Virus record (IMG/VR): IMGVR_UViG_3300032111_000006
Span: 1 to 38,726 of that record
Strand: one strand, 5' to 3'
Length of the DNA: 38,726 nt
Source of the DNA: a virus
Taxonomy: Duplodnaviria; Caudoviricetes
Positions 7,685 to 16,363 of the stretch are shown in pieces (positions within the stretch are counted from its first letter, which is position 1; each line of letters opens with the position of its first letter). The notes under the pieces are model-generated. The model was not told the DNA's origin. It saw only the letters and a list, made by a program, of their open reading frames with translations, and did not search any database. Made by a program: the position numbers and the translations under genes.

Positions 7685-8368
7685 TTGACCTTGGGTAAGT
7701 GTTTCGCCTGCGGAAACGATCAGGGGAAACCTCGGCCGGACTGCGAGGTCGAGGTCTGTGATGCTTGCTGGGCGGAACACCTCTGGCGGAACGAAGCCCA
7801 GGTCGAACGCGGACGCGCGGCGGTGGCCGAGCTTCGAAAGGAGAAAGCTTTGACGCCCATAAGCAGCCTGCTGGATCTGCGGCCGGGTGAAGAGATCAAG
7901 GTCCAGTGGGCAAAAAGGGAAACTGGGCTGGGTAGTGAGTGCTACGGGGATGGGGGCAAGGTGCTACAGGTAACTGCCAAATTTGTAGCGATACGTCACC
8001 CGTTCGGGTTTACTTTTACCGTAGCGGCTGGGGATCTCGCCTGCGGAACGAAGATCCTGGCCGAGCGAGAGATTGCGGCGATAGCGCCCGAGGGCGTTAA
8101 TACAATCAAACCGGTGCGAGAGGAGGAGAACAACGTGGGTAATCAGGCACTAGAGAGTTTTACAGCTGAGCAGTACATAGCTCGGAAGGAACAAGGCCAG
8201 ACAGATGCCAAGATCCGGGCCGAACTGGGGGTCCAATCGGTAGTATTTGCGGAATGGAAGCGCAAGAACAATCTGGAGCAGTACAGCCTGAAGCCCCGGA
8301 AGAAGGTTCGGGATGCCGATAACCAGGAACCGGAACCGGCTGCTGCCGCTGCGGGGGGGGGGCGTTGA
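7685..8368 (+). CDS. Hypothetical protein (N-terminal Cys motif); possibly 5' part of a gene frameshifted at a G10 tract
   Basis: 227-aa ORF ending right after G10 at 8353-8362. Confidence 0.6.
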   Translation: MTLGKCFACGNDQGKPRPDCEVEVCDACWAEHLWRNEAQVERGRAAVAELRKEKALTPISSLLDLRPGEEIKVQWAKRETGLGSECYGDGGKVLQVTAKFVAIRHPFGFTFTVAAGDLACGTKILAEREIAAIAPEGVNTIKPVREEENNVGNQALESFTAEQYIARKEQGQTDAKIRAELGVQSVVFAEWKRKNNLEQYSLKPRKKVRDADNQEPEPAAAAAGGGR

Positions 8369-8678
8369 GCAATTGTCAGCTGAACCGAGTCCGGCACCGG
8401 AGACGTCGGCAGACTTGGTACCGCAGGCGGAACCTGACAATGGCCACAAGTGCGCCTGCGCTTGCGGTGGGAAGTGCCAGGGCCAGGGCGGCGGGATGAC
8501 GCTGGCGGATGCACTGGCTAGGTTGGAGCGGTTGCGGGAGAACATCGTGGGTGCTGAGCACCTGGTGAGGTCGATCAAATACAGCGATGATATCAAGGCG
8601 CTGGTCGCGTCCGCCCTGGACGGATGGAAGCAGGAACTCGCCCAGCTAGAGAGCGCGAAGGTGCAGGTACCGGCCTAG
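8313..8678 (+). CDS. Hypothetical; probable 3' continuation of the preceding gene
   Basis: +1 frame continues the acidic/Pro-rich linker (VEQLSAEPSPAPET) into a helical C-terminus. Confidence 0.5.
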   Translation: MPITRNRNRLLPLRGGGVEQLSAEPSPAPETSADLVPQAEPDNGHKCACACGGKCQGQGGGMTLADALARLERLRENIVGAEHLVRSIKYSDDIKALVASALDGWKQELAQLESAKVQVPA

Positions 8679-8740
8679 ACCGTTAGGTTTGACTCCGGCC
8701 CGGCGTGTCGCCGGGCGGGGGTGAGCCCTAGCAGAAAGGG

Positions 8741-9727
8741 GTGATCAATACGGAACGTTTGGTGAATGAACTGGTGGCAGCAGTGAAGTCACACTCTTCC
8801 GATGCTGACGAGCCGGCCATCATCAGAGCTATTCAAGGGATACTGGTGCGCTATGAGATAAGGCCGGTGGACGTGGACGTTAACCACCAGATTGCCGAGA
8901 AGGTCAGGCTTTTCCTGGCGGCCAAGAAGCTTGAAGGCGCCAGTATTTACACGCTGAAAGGCTATGGCCTTGAGCTTAAGATCTTCGGCCAGTATTTCAC
9001 CAAGGACGTCGATCAAATTTCGACCAGCGACATCCGGTGGTACTTAAGCCAGTTCCCGAACCATAAGGCCTCGACGATCGGCCGGAAGCTCGCGGTCCTG
9101 AAGTCGTTCTTTGCCTGGTTAACGGACGAGGAGATCGTCCCGCGGGACCCCGCCCGGAAGATCAAATACCCGAAGGGATCAAAGCGGCTTCCCAAAGCCC
9201 TCACCATCGAAGAGTTGGAGCTGTTGCGCGAAGGCTGCCAGACACTGCGGGACCGGGCGCTTGTCGAGTTCTTGTATCACACCGGTTGCCGCCTGTCGGA
9301 AGTCTACGGTTTGAACCGCTCGGACATCAACTGGCAGGAGCAGTCGGCCAGGGTGGTTGGCAAGGGAAACAAGGAGAGGGTGGTGTTCTTCGGCGCCAAG
9401 GCCGCGATTCACCTACGGCGGTATCTGGATTTGCGTAAAGATGCACACCCGGCGGTGTTTGTGACGGACGTCGGCCTTGTCCGTCGGCTGTCACGGCGGG
9501 CCATCCAGTACGCGGTGCAAAAGATCGCGGACAGGGCTCCGATAGATAAAGGCGTGCACCCGCACATTCTTCGGCACACACTCGCCACCCTGCTCCTGAA
9601 CTCGGGCGCGGATCTGGCGGCGGTACAGGATCAACTGGGGCATGCCAATCCGGCGACGACGCAGATCTACGCCGCTTTGACTCCGGAACGCCGACGGGAA
9701 CAGTATCGCAGGCATTTGGTGCAGTAA
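8741..9727 (+). CDS. XerC/D-like tyrosine recombinase
   Basis: SAM-like N-domain, TGCRLSE (R), GKGNKER (K), HPHILRH (HxxR), LGHANPATTQIY (H, Y). Confidence 0.92.
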   Translation: MINTERLVNELVAAVKSHSSDADEPAIIRAIQGILVRYEIRPVDVDVNHQIAEKVRLFLAAKKLEGASIYTLKGYGLELKIFGQYFTKDVDQISTSDIRWYLSQFPNHKASTIGRKLAVLKSFFAWLTDEEIVPRDPARKIKYPKGSKRLPKALTIEELELLREGCQTLRDRALVEFLYHTGCRLSEVYGLNRSDINWQEQSARVVGKGNKERVVFFGAKAAIHLRRYLDLRKDAHPAVFVTDVGLVRRLSRRAIQYAVQKIADRAPIDKGVHPHILRHTLATLLLNSGADLAAVQDQLGHANPATTQIYAALTPERRREQYRRHLVQ

Positions 9728-9746
9728 TCATCAAGGAGGGATAGCG

Positions 9747-10235
9747 ATGGCGCGGGTGAGATTGGAAGGGACGACGCTGAGAAGCTGGGACGATGTGAAC
9801 TTGAACCTGAAGGAGATTGGGGAATGCGAGTTGGCGATCGAGCAGATCGAGGCCGACATGAACGCAAAAATCCAGGACCTGAAGCTTGATGCGGAGCTGC
9901 GGGCTAAGCAGCATCAGGACAGGATCAAGAGGCTTGCCCAGGAGATCAAGGAGTTTGTCGAAGCGAATCGGGACGATCTTAAAGGCAAGACCCGGACTCT
10001 GAACTTCGGAGCGTGTGGTTTCCGCCGCAGCACGAAGATCATCCTGAAAAACGTGCAGGCAGTGATCAAGGCACTCAAGGCGCGCGGAATGACCGATTGT
10101 ATCATCGTCAAGGAGACTGTGGCCAAGGACAATCTCAAAGACTACCCCGATGACGTGATCGCCGCCGTGGGCGCCAGCAAGAAGGTTGAAGATGTCTTCT
10201 GGTACGAGGTTAACCGGGAGAAGCTGCAAGACTAG
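9747..10235 (+). CDS. gam: Mu Gam-like host-nuclease inhibitor
   Basis: Coiled-coil N-terminus plus KTRTLNFGACGFRRS motif; AAGGAGG SD; position in Mu early region. Confidence 0.85.
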   Translation: MARVRLEGTTLRSWDDVNLNLKEIGECELAIEQIEADMNAKIQDLKLDAELRAKQHQDRIKRLAQEIKEFVEANRDDLKGKTRTLNFGACGFRRSTKIILKNVQAVIKALKARGMTDCIIVKETVAKDNLKDYPDDVIAAVGASKKVEDVFWYEVNREKLQD

Positions 10236-10248
10236 CTGAGGTGGGACC

Positions 10249-10599
10249 GTGGGTAAAAAGTCGAAGCAAAGCTACACAGCAGAGGAGCAGGCCCTGGTTG
10301 CAGCGTTCAGAGAGAAGCTGAAGGCGTTGGGGGTTCTGAAGTTCCCGCGGGACTGGCACTTAAAACAACTGTCCACGGCGAGGGCAATGCTGGCCGGGGA
10401 TAATGCTCCATCAGTGGAGCAATGGGTGGAATGCATCGAATGGGCGTTTACGGAGCCGTATTGGCGGACACGGATAGATCACCTGGCGAGGATCGAGGCG
10501 CTTTGGCCGAGGTACTGCCTACAGAACCCGCCGGGAAAAAAAGCCGAGCGGGACCGGCGCAAGCGAGAACTGGAGATCCTCAAAGAGTTGTACTACTAG
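10249..10599 (+). CDS. Hypothetical protein
   Basis: 116-aa ORF with GAGGTG SD. Confidence 0.65.
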   Translation: MGKKSKQSYTAEEQALVAAFREKLKALGVLKFPRDWHLKQLSTARAMLAGDNAPSVEQWVECIEWAFTEPYWRTRIDHLARIEALWPRYCLQNPPGKKAERDRRKRELEILKELYY

Positions 10600-10628
10600 C
10601 GGAGTGAGCACGTGGAGGGAGTGGCGGC

Positions 10629-11045
10629 GTGGAGCAGACGGCGCTCATCGGCCGGATGACGGCCGACGAAATCCGGGTGGCAAAGATCATCACCAAGTGC
10701 CGGGGGCGGGCCCGGGCGATTACCGCGCGGCAGATCGCCTACAAAACGGGGATCGACGGGCGGCGCGTGCGGGACATCATCAAGGCCCTCGTTGAGGAGC
10801 AACACATGGCTGTCGGCTCTTCCCCCGCCGCCCCCGCGGGTTACTACATCATTACCGACCCGGCCGAGCTGCGGCAGGTACGCCGCAGCCTGGTTGGCCG
10901 GGCAGTGTCGATCCTGAACCGCGCCAGGGCCTACGATCGCGCCGGGTGGGTTAAGGAAATGGCTGGCCAACTGAGCATGCGCCTGGAAGCGGATCAGACC
11001 GAAGAGCAGTATAGCCTCTTTGAGGGAGGTGACGGCCATGCCTGA
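10629..11045 (+). CDS. Hypothetical winged-HTH-like protein
   Basis: ITARQIAYKTGIDGRRVRDIIKAL...GYYI pattern; GGAGGGAG SD. Confidence 0.65.
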   Translation: MEQTALIGRMTADEIRVAKIITKCRGRARAITARQIAYKTGIDGRRVRDIIKALVEEQHMAVGSSPAAPAGYYIITDPAELRQVRRSLVGRAVSILNRARAYDRAGWVKEMAGQLSMRLEADQTEEQYSLFEGGDGHA

Positions 11046-11294
11046 GACGATCCAGCCAGCGAGGGCCTATAGGCTTCCCGACGGCCGGGTGGCGTTCGTC
11101 CACCCCGGCCTGGGCGGCGGCGGGTACGGCACTTTCTGGCGAACCGCAAGAGGTGCACTGCATCGCATAAAGTCACCGCGGATGCCCATGGTCGGCTCAC
11201 GCAAGGCGGCCCAGGAGAACTTGGACGCCTGGGCGCTGGCGCGCAGGCTGCCAGAGGTGGAGAACCCAGAGGGCGGTGACGGCCATGCCTGAGA
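11022..11294 (+). repeat. 26-bp direct repeats (1 mismatch) at 11022-11047 and 11269-11294
   Basis: GAGGG(A/C)GGTGACGGCCATGCCTGAGA; each copy contains SD, start codon and upstream stop. Confidence 0.9.
11038..11292 (+). CDS. Hypothetical protein flanked by 26-bp direct repeats
   Basis: ATG at 11038 after GGAGGTG. Confidence 0.6.
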   Translation: MPETIQPARAYRLPDGRVAFVHPGLGGGGYGTFWRTARGALHRIKSPRMPMVGSRKAAQENLDAWALARRLPEVENPEGGDGHA

Positions 11295-11692
11295 AGATTA
11301 ACGCTGCCCAGAAGAGAAAGATCTACGCGACGGCCCGCAATCTGGGCATGGACAATGACCTGCTGCATGCGTTTGTCGAGGCCCGAACCGGCTGCAAACA
11401 CATCTCCGACCTCACAAAGCCCCAGGGTATCCGGATCATCGAGGAGATGACGGCGCACATCGAGGGCCGCCCGGGGATGGCCACCAGGCGTGAGCTATGG
11501 AAGATCGATCAGCTCGTCGAGAAACTCGGGTGGGCCGATAACCCGAAGCGGCTACGGGCTTTTCTCCGGAAGTATTACCATGTGGACGATCCGAGGTTTC
11601 TGACCCACCGGGATGCCTGGAGGGTGGTCGAGAGTCTGAAGATGCTCTTGAAGAAGGCCAAAGGGGGTGCCGATGCCAGTGAACGAGGTTAA
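11285..11692 (+). CDS. GemA/gp16 (DUF1018)-like regulatory protein
   Basis: KIYATARNLGMDNDL...SDLTK...LRAFLRK...VVESLK pattern, directly upstream of mor as in Mu. Confidence 0.75.
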   Translation: MPEKINAAQKRKIYATARNLGMDNDLLHAFVEARTGCKHISDLTKPQGIRIIEEMTAHIEGRPGMATRRELWKIDQLVEKLGWADNPKRLRAFLRKYYHVDDPRFLTHRDAWRVVESLKMLLKKAKGGADASERG

Positions 11693-11918
11693 GCTGCCGC
11701 AGCCCTATCACAGGATAGCCAGGATAATCGGGGTAGATGCCACGCTGAAGCTGGCCAGAGAGTTGGGCGGAGAGAGGATCTACCTGCCGAAGTTGACAAC
11801 TGTGACAAGGGATGAGGAGATCCGGCAAAGATATGACGGGTACAACATCAGGGAGCTGGCAAGGGAATATGGCCTGTCGGAACGGTGGATCAGGAAGATC
11901 GTGAACGCGCAGCAATAG
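11673..11918 (+). CDS. Mor/C family transcription activator
   Basis: LARELGGERIYLPK...RDEEIRQRYDGYNIRELAREYGLSERWIRKIV. Confidence 0.9.
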   Translation: MPVNEVKLPQPYHRIARIIGVDATLKLARELGGERIYLPKLTTVTRDEEIRQRYDGYNIRELAREYGLSERWIRKIVNAQQ

Positions 11919-11949
11919 CTGCGCCTTCTTTTTGCGTGGAACTGTTTGA

Positions 11950-12010
11950 CTGAATTAATTCAGCAAAATACTTCCGAAATCGGGGTTTTACGGCAGATGG
12001 CTGGTACAAT
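11950..12010 (+). promoter_or_regulatory. Putative activator-dependent late promoter
   Basis: Perfect palindrome CTGAATTAATTCAG (11950-11963) and TGGTACAAT extended -10 (12002-12010) with no good -35, upstream of the lysis/structural operon. Confidence 0.5.
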
Positions 12011-12030
12011 TTTCCCAAGGGTGAGTTCAT

Positions 12031-12369
12031 ATGAAAGGCTTTTGGACAGATGCTGAAGGTTTGAGTATTACTGAAACACTTGCGCTCTGTTTCACGGGGA
12101 TACATCTGATTGTCGTCACTGTCCTGCTCGTGATGTTGGTTAAGGGGCACCCGGCACCTATGCTTGCAGACTTTCTAAACGCTTGCTCCTGGCCCATTCT
12201 CACAGTACTGGCCGGGTACTTCGGTGACAAGGTAGCCGCCCGCTTTGGCGGGCTCAGAAGCGGACGGATGATCGCCCCACCCGTCTTGCCTACACCAGCG
12301 CAACAGGCGGAGATGCAGGCGACTGATGACCAGAAGGACGACAGGGGGCAAGAGTATGGTCGCATCTAG
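12031..12369 (+). CDS. Two-TM membrane protein, possible holin/antiholin
   Basis: Hydrophobic segments; first gene of the lysis cassette. Confidence 0.6.
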   Translation: MKGFWTDAEGLSITETLALCFTGIHLIVVTVLLVMLVKGHPAPMLADFLNACSWPILTVLAGYFGDKVAARFGGLRSGRMIAPPVLPTPAQQAEMQATDDQKDDRGQEYGRI

Positions 12370-13153
12370 GCAAGTGCTTCTCACGCCGAAACGAGGCGGC
12401 CGCCCCGGCCGCAAGATAAAGCCCAAGGCCCTGGTCATCCACTGGACGGCGAACCGCGACCGCGGGGCGAACGCAATCGCGAACCGTAACTACTTCGAGA
12501 ACCACCCCCAGAACAAGGTGTCCGCCAATTGGATTGTCGACGACCGCGAAGCCGTCCTCTGCGTGCCCGAAGATGAGATGGCTTATCACGTCGGGGCTAA
12601 GTCCTATCCTGCGCGGGCGCGGAGTGAACTGTCGGCGTATCCGAACGACTGCACCATCGGCGTAGAGATCTGCGTCAACGCCGATGCGGACTTTGCCACG
12701 ACCTACCGCAACGCCGTGGAGCTGGCTGCGGAGATCCTGGCCCGGCATGGTTGGGGGATCGACCGGCTGTGGAGGCATTACGACGTAACGGGCAAGGACT
12801 GCCCGCGGTTTTTTGTGGCTGACGCCACGGCGCGGGAGTTCGGGTTTGAATCCGCGGCCGCCGGCTGGGCGAAGTTCCGCCAAGACGTCCAGACTGAGCT
12901 GGTAGCGAAAGGAGTGGAAGCGGTGTTCAGCGACATCGCGGGGCATTGGGCGCAGCGGACGATCGAGGAAGCGGCCAAGATCGGCCTGGTCGCCGGCGGG
13001 ACGGATGGGCTGTTCCATCCCGACGACGCGCAGACCCGGGCGGCGGGGGTCGTCGTTGCCATGCGTTTACGCGATATTATCAAGCGCGAGATGCGCGAGG
13101 AAATCAGGAGTATCGTGCGCGAGGAACTCGCCCGGCTCCAGAACGGGGGTTAA
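12356..13153 (+). CDS. Endolysin: N-acetylmuramoyl-L-alanine amidase (Amidase_2) with C-terminal SLH domain
   Basis: VIHWTAN...AYHVG...IGVEIC...RHYDVTGKDCP; FSDIAGHWA...GLFHPDDAQTRA. Confidence 0.9.
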   Translation: MVASRQVLLTPKRGGRPGRKIKPKALVIHWTANRDRGANAIANRNYFENHPQNKVSANWIVDDREAVLCVPEDEMAYHVGAKSYPARARSELSAYPNDCTIGVEICVNADADFATTYRNAVELAAEILARHGWGIDRLWRHYDVTGKDCPRFFVADATAREFGFESAAAGWAKFRQDVQTELVAKGVEAVFSDIAGHWAQRTIEEAAKIGLVAGGTDGLFHPDDAQTRAAGVVVAMRLRDIIKREMREEIRSIVREELARLQNGG

Positions 13154-13156
13154 GAG

Positions 13157-13552
13157 ATGATGGACTCCGGCCCGATCGTGGAAGCGGCCCGGGCCGCGTT
13201 GGCGGTAATCATCCCCATCGGCGCTGCCTACGTCGTCGAACTGCTGCGGCGCAAGGTCGGCGTCGAACGCCTGCGGCGCGTCCAGCAGGAGCTGGAAGCA
13301 AAGCGCGAGCTGGCGACGCTGGCCGTGAAGTTCGCGGAGCAGGCGTTCCGCGACTACGGCGGCGACAAGAAGTTCCTGGCGGCCGCCGATTGGCTCACTG
13401 AACGAGCCAGGTCCCTGGGACTTAATGTGACAGAGGACGAGGTTGAGGGCCTGATTGAGTCCGCCCTGCGCGAGATCAAGGATGCTCTCGGCGAGGAGTG
13501 GGCCGCCCGAGTCACCGCTGGGGAGGGCTGCGCGTGCCAGACCTCCCGCTAG
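13157..13552 (+). CDS. Holin, LL-H-like
   Basis: Single N-terminal TM then AVKFAEQ...G..K...LIESAL pattern; follows the endolysin. Confidence 0.75.
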   Translation: MMDSGPIVEAARAALAVIIPIGAAYVVELLRRKVGVERLRRVQQELEAKRELATLAVKFAEQAFRDYGGDKKFLAAADWLTERARSLGLNVTEDEVEGLIESALREIKDALGEEWAARVTAGEGCACQTSR

Positions 13553-13857
13553 ACCTGTACAAGCCCGCCGCGACCCTGTTGTTTGGACTGTTATGTACCG
13601 CCATGGGGATCATCGGGTACTTTCTTCGGGACATCCGCCAGGCGGTTAAAGAAAAACACGCTGAACAGGACGAGAAGATCAAGGCCGTGGAGAAGGACGT
13701 CGCGAGTCTGCGTGAGGCCCTGCCGCAGAAATACGTGCTACGGGATGATTTCGTGCGGGCGATCGCCGGCCTGGACAACAAGGTTGACAGCATTTTCAAA
13801 GAGGTCGGCGAGATCAACAAGAGCCTGAACCGTCTGATCGGAGGGGGTAAAGAATGA
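13534..13857 (+). CDS. Membrane-anchored coiled-coil protein
   Basis: N-terminal TM plus LPQKYVLRDDF; GGGGAGGG SD before GTG. Confidence 0.7.
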   Translation: MPDLPLDLYKPAATLLFGLLCTAMGIIGYFLRDIRQAVKEKHAEQDEKIKAVEKDVASLREALPQKYVLRDDFVRAIAGLDNKVDSIFKEVGEINKSLNRLIGGGKE

Positions 13858-14159
13858 GCGGCCTGGCGCGTTATGAAGCCCGCGTGATCCGCGGGCACAT
13901 CATGCAGATCCTGAAGGTCGCCTACCCCGGGCCGGCGACCCTGGAAGTATTGGAGATCACCCTCAACGATCGGGCCTGCCCGACGTCGCCGGCGGTGCTC
14001 AATGGCTACATCGCCTACCTGGCGGAGAAGGGTTACGTCACCACCTGGGAGGCGGGCGACGAGGTCCTCGGCATTTCCCGGACGATGGTCAAGCTAACGG
14101 CCACAGGGATAGATTTGTTGGAGGGCAACATCCCGCCCGACCCCGGGGTGGTGCTGTAG
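13854..14159 (+). CDS. Mu gp26-like winged-helix protein
   Basis: IRGHIMQIL...YLAEKGYV...KLTATGIDLLEG...PGV; synteny. Confidence 0.7.
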   Translation: MSGLARYEARVIRGHIMQILKVAYPGPATLEVLEITLNDRACPTSPAVLNGYIAYLAEKGYVTTWEAGDEVLGISRTMVKLTATGIDLLEGNIPPDPGVVL

Positions 14160-14726
14160 GTGTCCAAGAGCAAGGGCCGCGACAGGAACCGACGCAAGCA
14201 CTTCAAGATCGAGGCCCTCCCTACCGGGATCATGGAAGCCGTCAACCGGAAGCTCGTGGAGGGGCATACGTACCAGGAGATAACTGAATGGCTCAACCAG
14301 CTCGGGCACGAGGTTAGCAAGTCGTCGGTCGGGCGCTACGGCAAAGACTTCCTCTCCCGCTTGGAACGGCTGAAGGTCGTGAAGGAGCAGGCCAAGGCCA
14401 TTGTCGAGGTCAACCCCGACGCGCCGGCTACCGAAATGGCCGAGGCCGCCAACCAGCTCGCGACGCAACTCATCATGGAGTTTTTGATGGAGCTGGATAT
14501 CAGCGACCTACAGGAGGCCAAGGTCACGGAAATTCTCAAAGCCCTGGCCAAACTGGAGGCCTCGGGGGTCCGGCGTGAGCAGTTGAAGTTCAACTTCAAC
14601 AAGGGCGTCGAGGCCGCCGTGGAACGGATCAAGGCCGGGCTGCGGGCCGAGGTGGCGGCGGACAAGGATCTCCTGGCCAGGCTGTCCGAGATGGTCGACC
14701 GCCAGGCGGAGGCGTTGAGAAAGTAA
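14160..14726 (+). CDS. DUF3486 / Mu gp27-like (small terminase)
   Basis: KIEALP...TYQEITEWL...VSKSSVGRY; directly upstream of the large terminase. Confidence 0.8.
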   Translation: MSKSKGRDRNRRKHFKIEALPTGIMEAVNRKLVEGHTYQEITEWLNQLGHEVSKSSVGRYGKDFLSRLERLKVVKEQAKAIVEVNPDAPATEMAEAANQLATQLIMEFLMELDISDLQEAKVTEILKALAKLEASGVRREQLKFNFNKGVEAAVERIKAGLRAEVAADKDLLARLSEMVDRQAEALRK

Positions 14727-16363
14727 TGCTGATCAAGGATCTAGTCGGGGAACGCCAGGCTAACATGGCGTTTGCCGAGTGGATGCACCAAAACGTGAGG
14801 CTCGACGATGGTCGTCCCTGGGATATGACCCAGCGGGAGCCGCTGCGCGAGATCGTTGACAGCTTAAAACACAGGCAGGTCACCATCCTGAAGGGCGCAC
14901 AGACCGGCTTCTCTACTTTGTTTCTAGGTTTTGCGATCTGGCTCTTGGACCAGGTTCGCCGAAACGCCATTTACTTTCTGCCTACCCAGAAGATGTCGGA
15001 CCGGTTCTCGACCACCCGGATGGATGCCTTTGTGAACCGCAGTGAGTATCTGCGGAGCCGGTTGCAGGGCACGGACCAGACCGCGCTCAAGGAGATCGAC
15101 ACCCACTTCCTGTACTTCGTCGGACTCCAAACCGTGTTGGGTGCCATCTCAATTCCGAGTGACTGCAACCTATATGACGAGGTTGACCTGATCGACCAGG
15201 AGAACCTGGACTGGTCTATGGACCGTATCGCGGCATCCGACCTGGCGCTGCTCAGGTTTTTCTCAGTGGGCATGTTCCCGGGGATCGGCATTGACGAGCG
15301 GTTTCAGGACGGTGACCAGCGGCTATGGTACGTAAGGTGTCCGGGCTGCCGTCTCGAACAGGTGGTGGAAGACGACTTTCCCGCCAACTTCATTCGGAAG
15401 GACGGCCGAGTGCTCCTGGTGTGCGTCCGGTGCGGCACGCCGCTGGACGTAAACCAGGGTCACTGGGTTCCCCAGAATCCGGAGCGCAGCCAGGACCATG
15501 TGAGCTTCCGGGTTCCGCAGTTGATCATGTCGGGACTGAACCTGCAGTTTATCTGGGACCGGTACCAGCGGGTGAAGAATAAACCCAGCAAGCTGGCCAA
15601 ATTCAAGTGTTCGGTGCTGGCCAAGCCCGACGGTGGCAACCTGCAGCCCATCACCGAGGAAGTCTTGGAACGAGTGCGCCTGGTAAGCGACTACTACTTC
15701 CACGACGTCTGGGGGGAAAGCGTGACCGGAATCGGCATCGACATGGGTGACAAGGCTCATATCGCCGTGGTGGCGCCCTTCGGCCCGGAAGGCATCAGGC
15801 CCCTGCACTTCGAGGAGGTTGACGTGGAAGATCTCCTGGATCGGGTTAAGGTGCTGGAATTGGCTTATAACGCTGGCGCCCTGGTGATAGACGCGATGCC
15901 GTACAAGACCACCAGCAAGCAGGTGGTCCGGGCACTGACAAGGGCCACGGGTTATATCCAGTACTTTAAGGGCGACGACGTCAAGGAGGGCACCGAAGGC
16001 GAGGGCGACCGCGCGGTGCGGAAGGTGACCGTGGACCGAGACGAGTCCTTGGACGAAACGACAGATCTGTTTGCTACTGTTCCCCCGCTGGCCACGCTAC
16101 CCAAGCCGCGGACGGCGGCCGAGGACGAGACGATTAAAACGGTATGTCAGCACCTAAAGCGGCTGGTCAAGGAGAAGGAAAAGGACGGCGACGACGACAG
16201 CCCGGCCCACTACAAAAGGAACGTCCCGAACCACTTCGGGATGGCACTGAATTCTGCCCGGATTGCGCTCTGGCTGGCGACCGGTAAGGGCGCCAAGACG
16301 GGACCCGCGGAGTATACGACGGTGTCAACCAGGCGGGCCAGGTTTGAGAAAGGGGCTTATTAG
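14726..16363 (+). CDS. Terminase large subunit (lambda gpA-like)
   Basis: KGAQTGFS Walker A variant, YDEVD Walker B, CPGC...CVRC zinc motif, GIDMG nuclease aspartate. Confidence 0.85.
   Translation: MLIKDLVGERQANMAFAEWMHQNVRLDDGRPWDMTQREPLREIVDSLKHRQVTILKGAQTGFSTLFLGFAIWLLDQVRRNAIYFLPTQKMSDRFSTTRMDAFVNRSEYLRSRLQGTDQTALKEIDTHFLYFVGLQTVLGAISIPSDCNLYDEVDLIDQENLDWSMDRIAASDLALLRFFSVGMFPGIGIDERFQDGDQRLWYVRCPGCRLEQVVEDDFPANFIRKDGRVLLVCVRCGTPLDVNQGHWVPQNPERSQDHVSFRVPQLIMSGLNLQFIWDRYQRVKNKPSKLAKFKCSVLAKPDGGNLQPITEEVLERVRLVSDYYFHDVWGESVTGIGIDMGDKAHIAVVAPFGPEGIRPLHFEEVDVEDLLDRVKVLELAYNAGALVIDAMPYKTTSKQVVRALTRATGYIQYFKGDDVKEGTEGEGDRAVRKVTVDRDESLDETTDLFATVPPLATLPKPRTAAEDETIKTVCQHLKRLVKEKEKDGDDDSPAHYKRNVPNHFGMALNSARIALWLATGKGAKTGPAEYTTVSTRRARFEKGAY

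Noticed and set aside
6602-11292. Anti-CRISPR genes among small early ORFs
   Set aside because: Plausible in context, but no recognisable Acr or Aca sequence; cannot be supported without searches.
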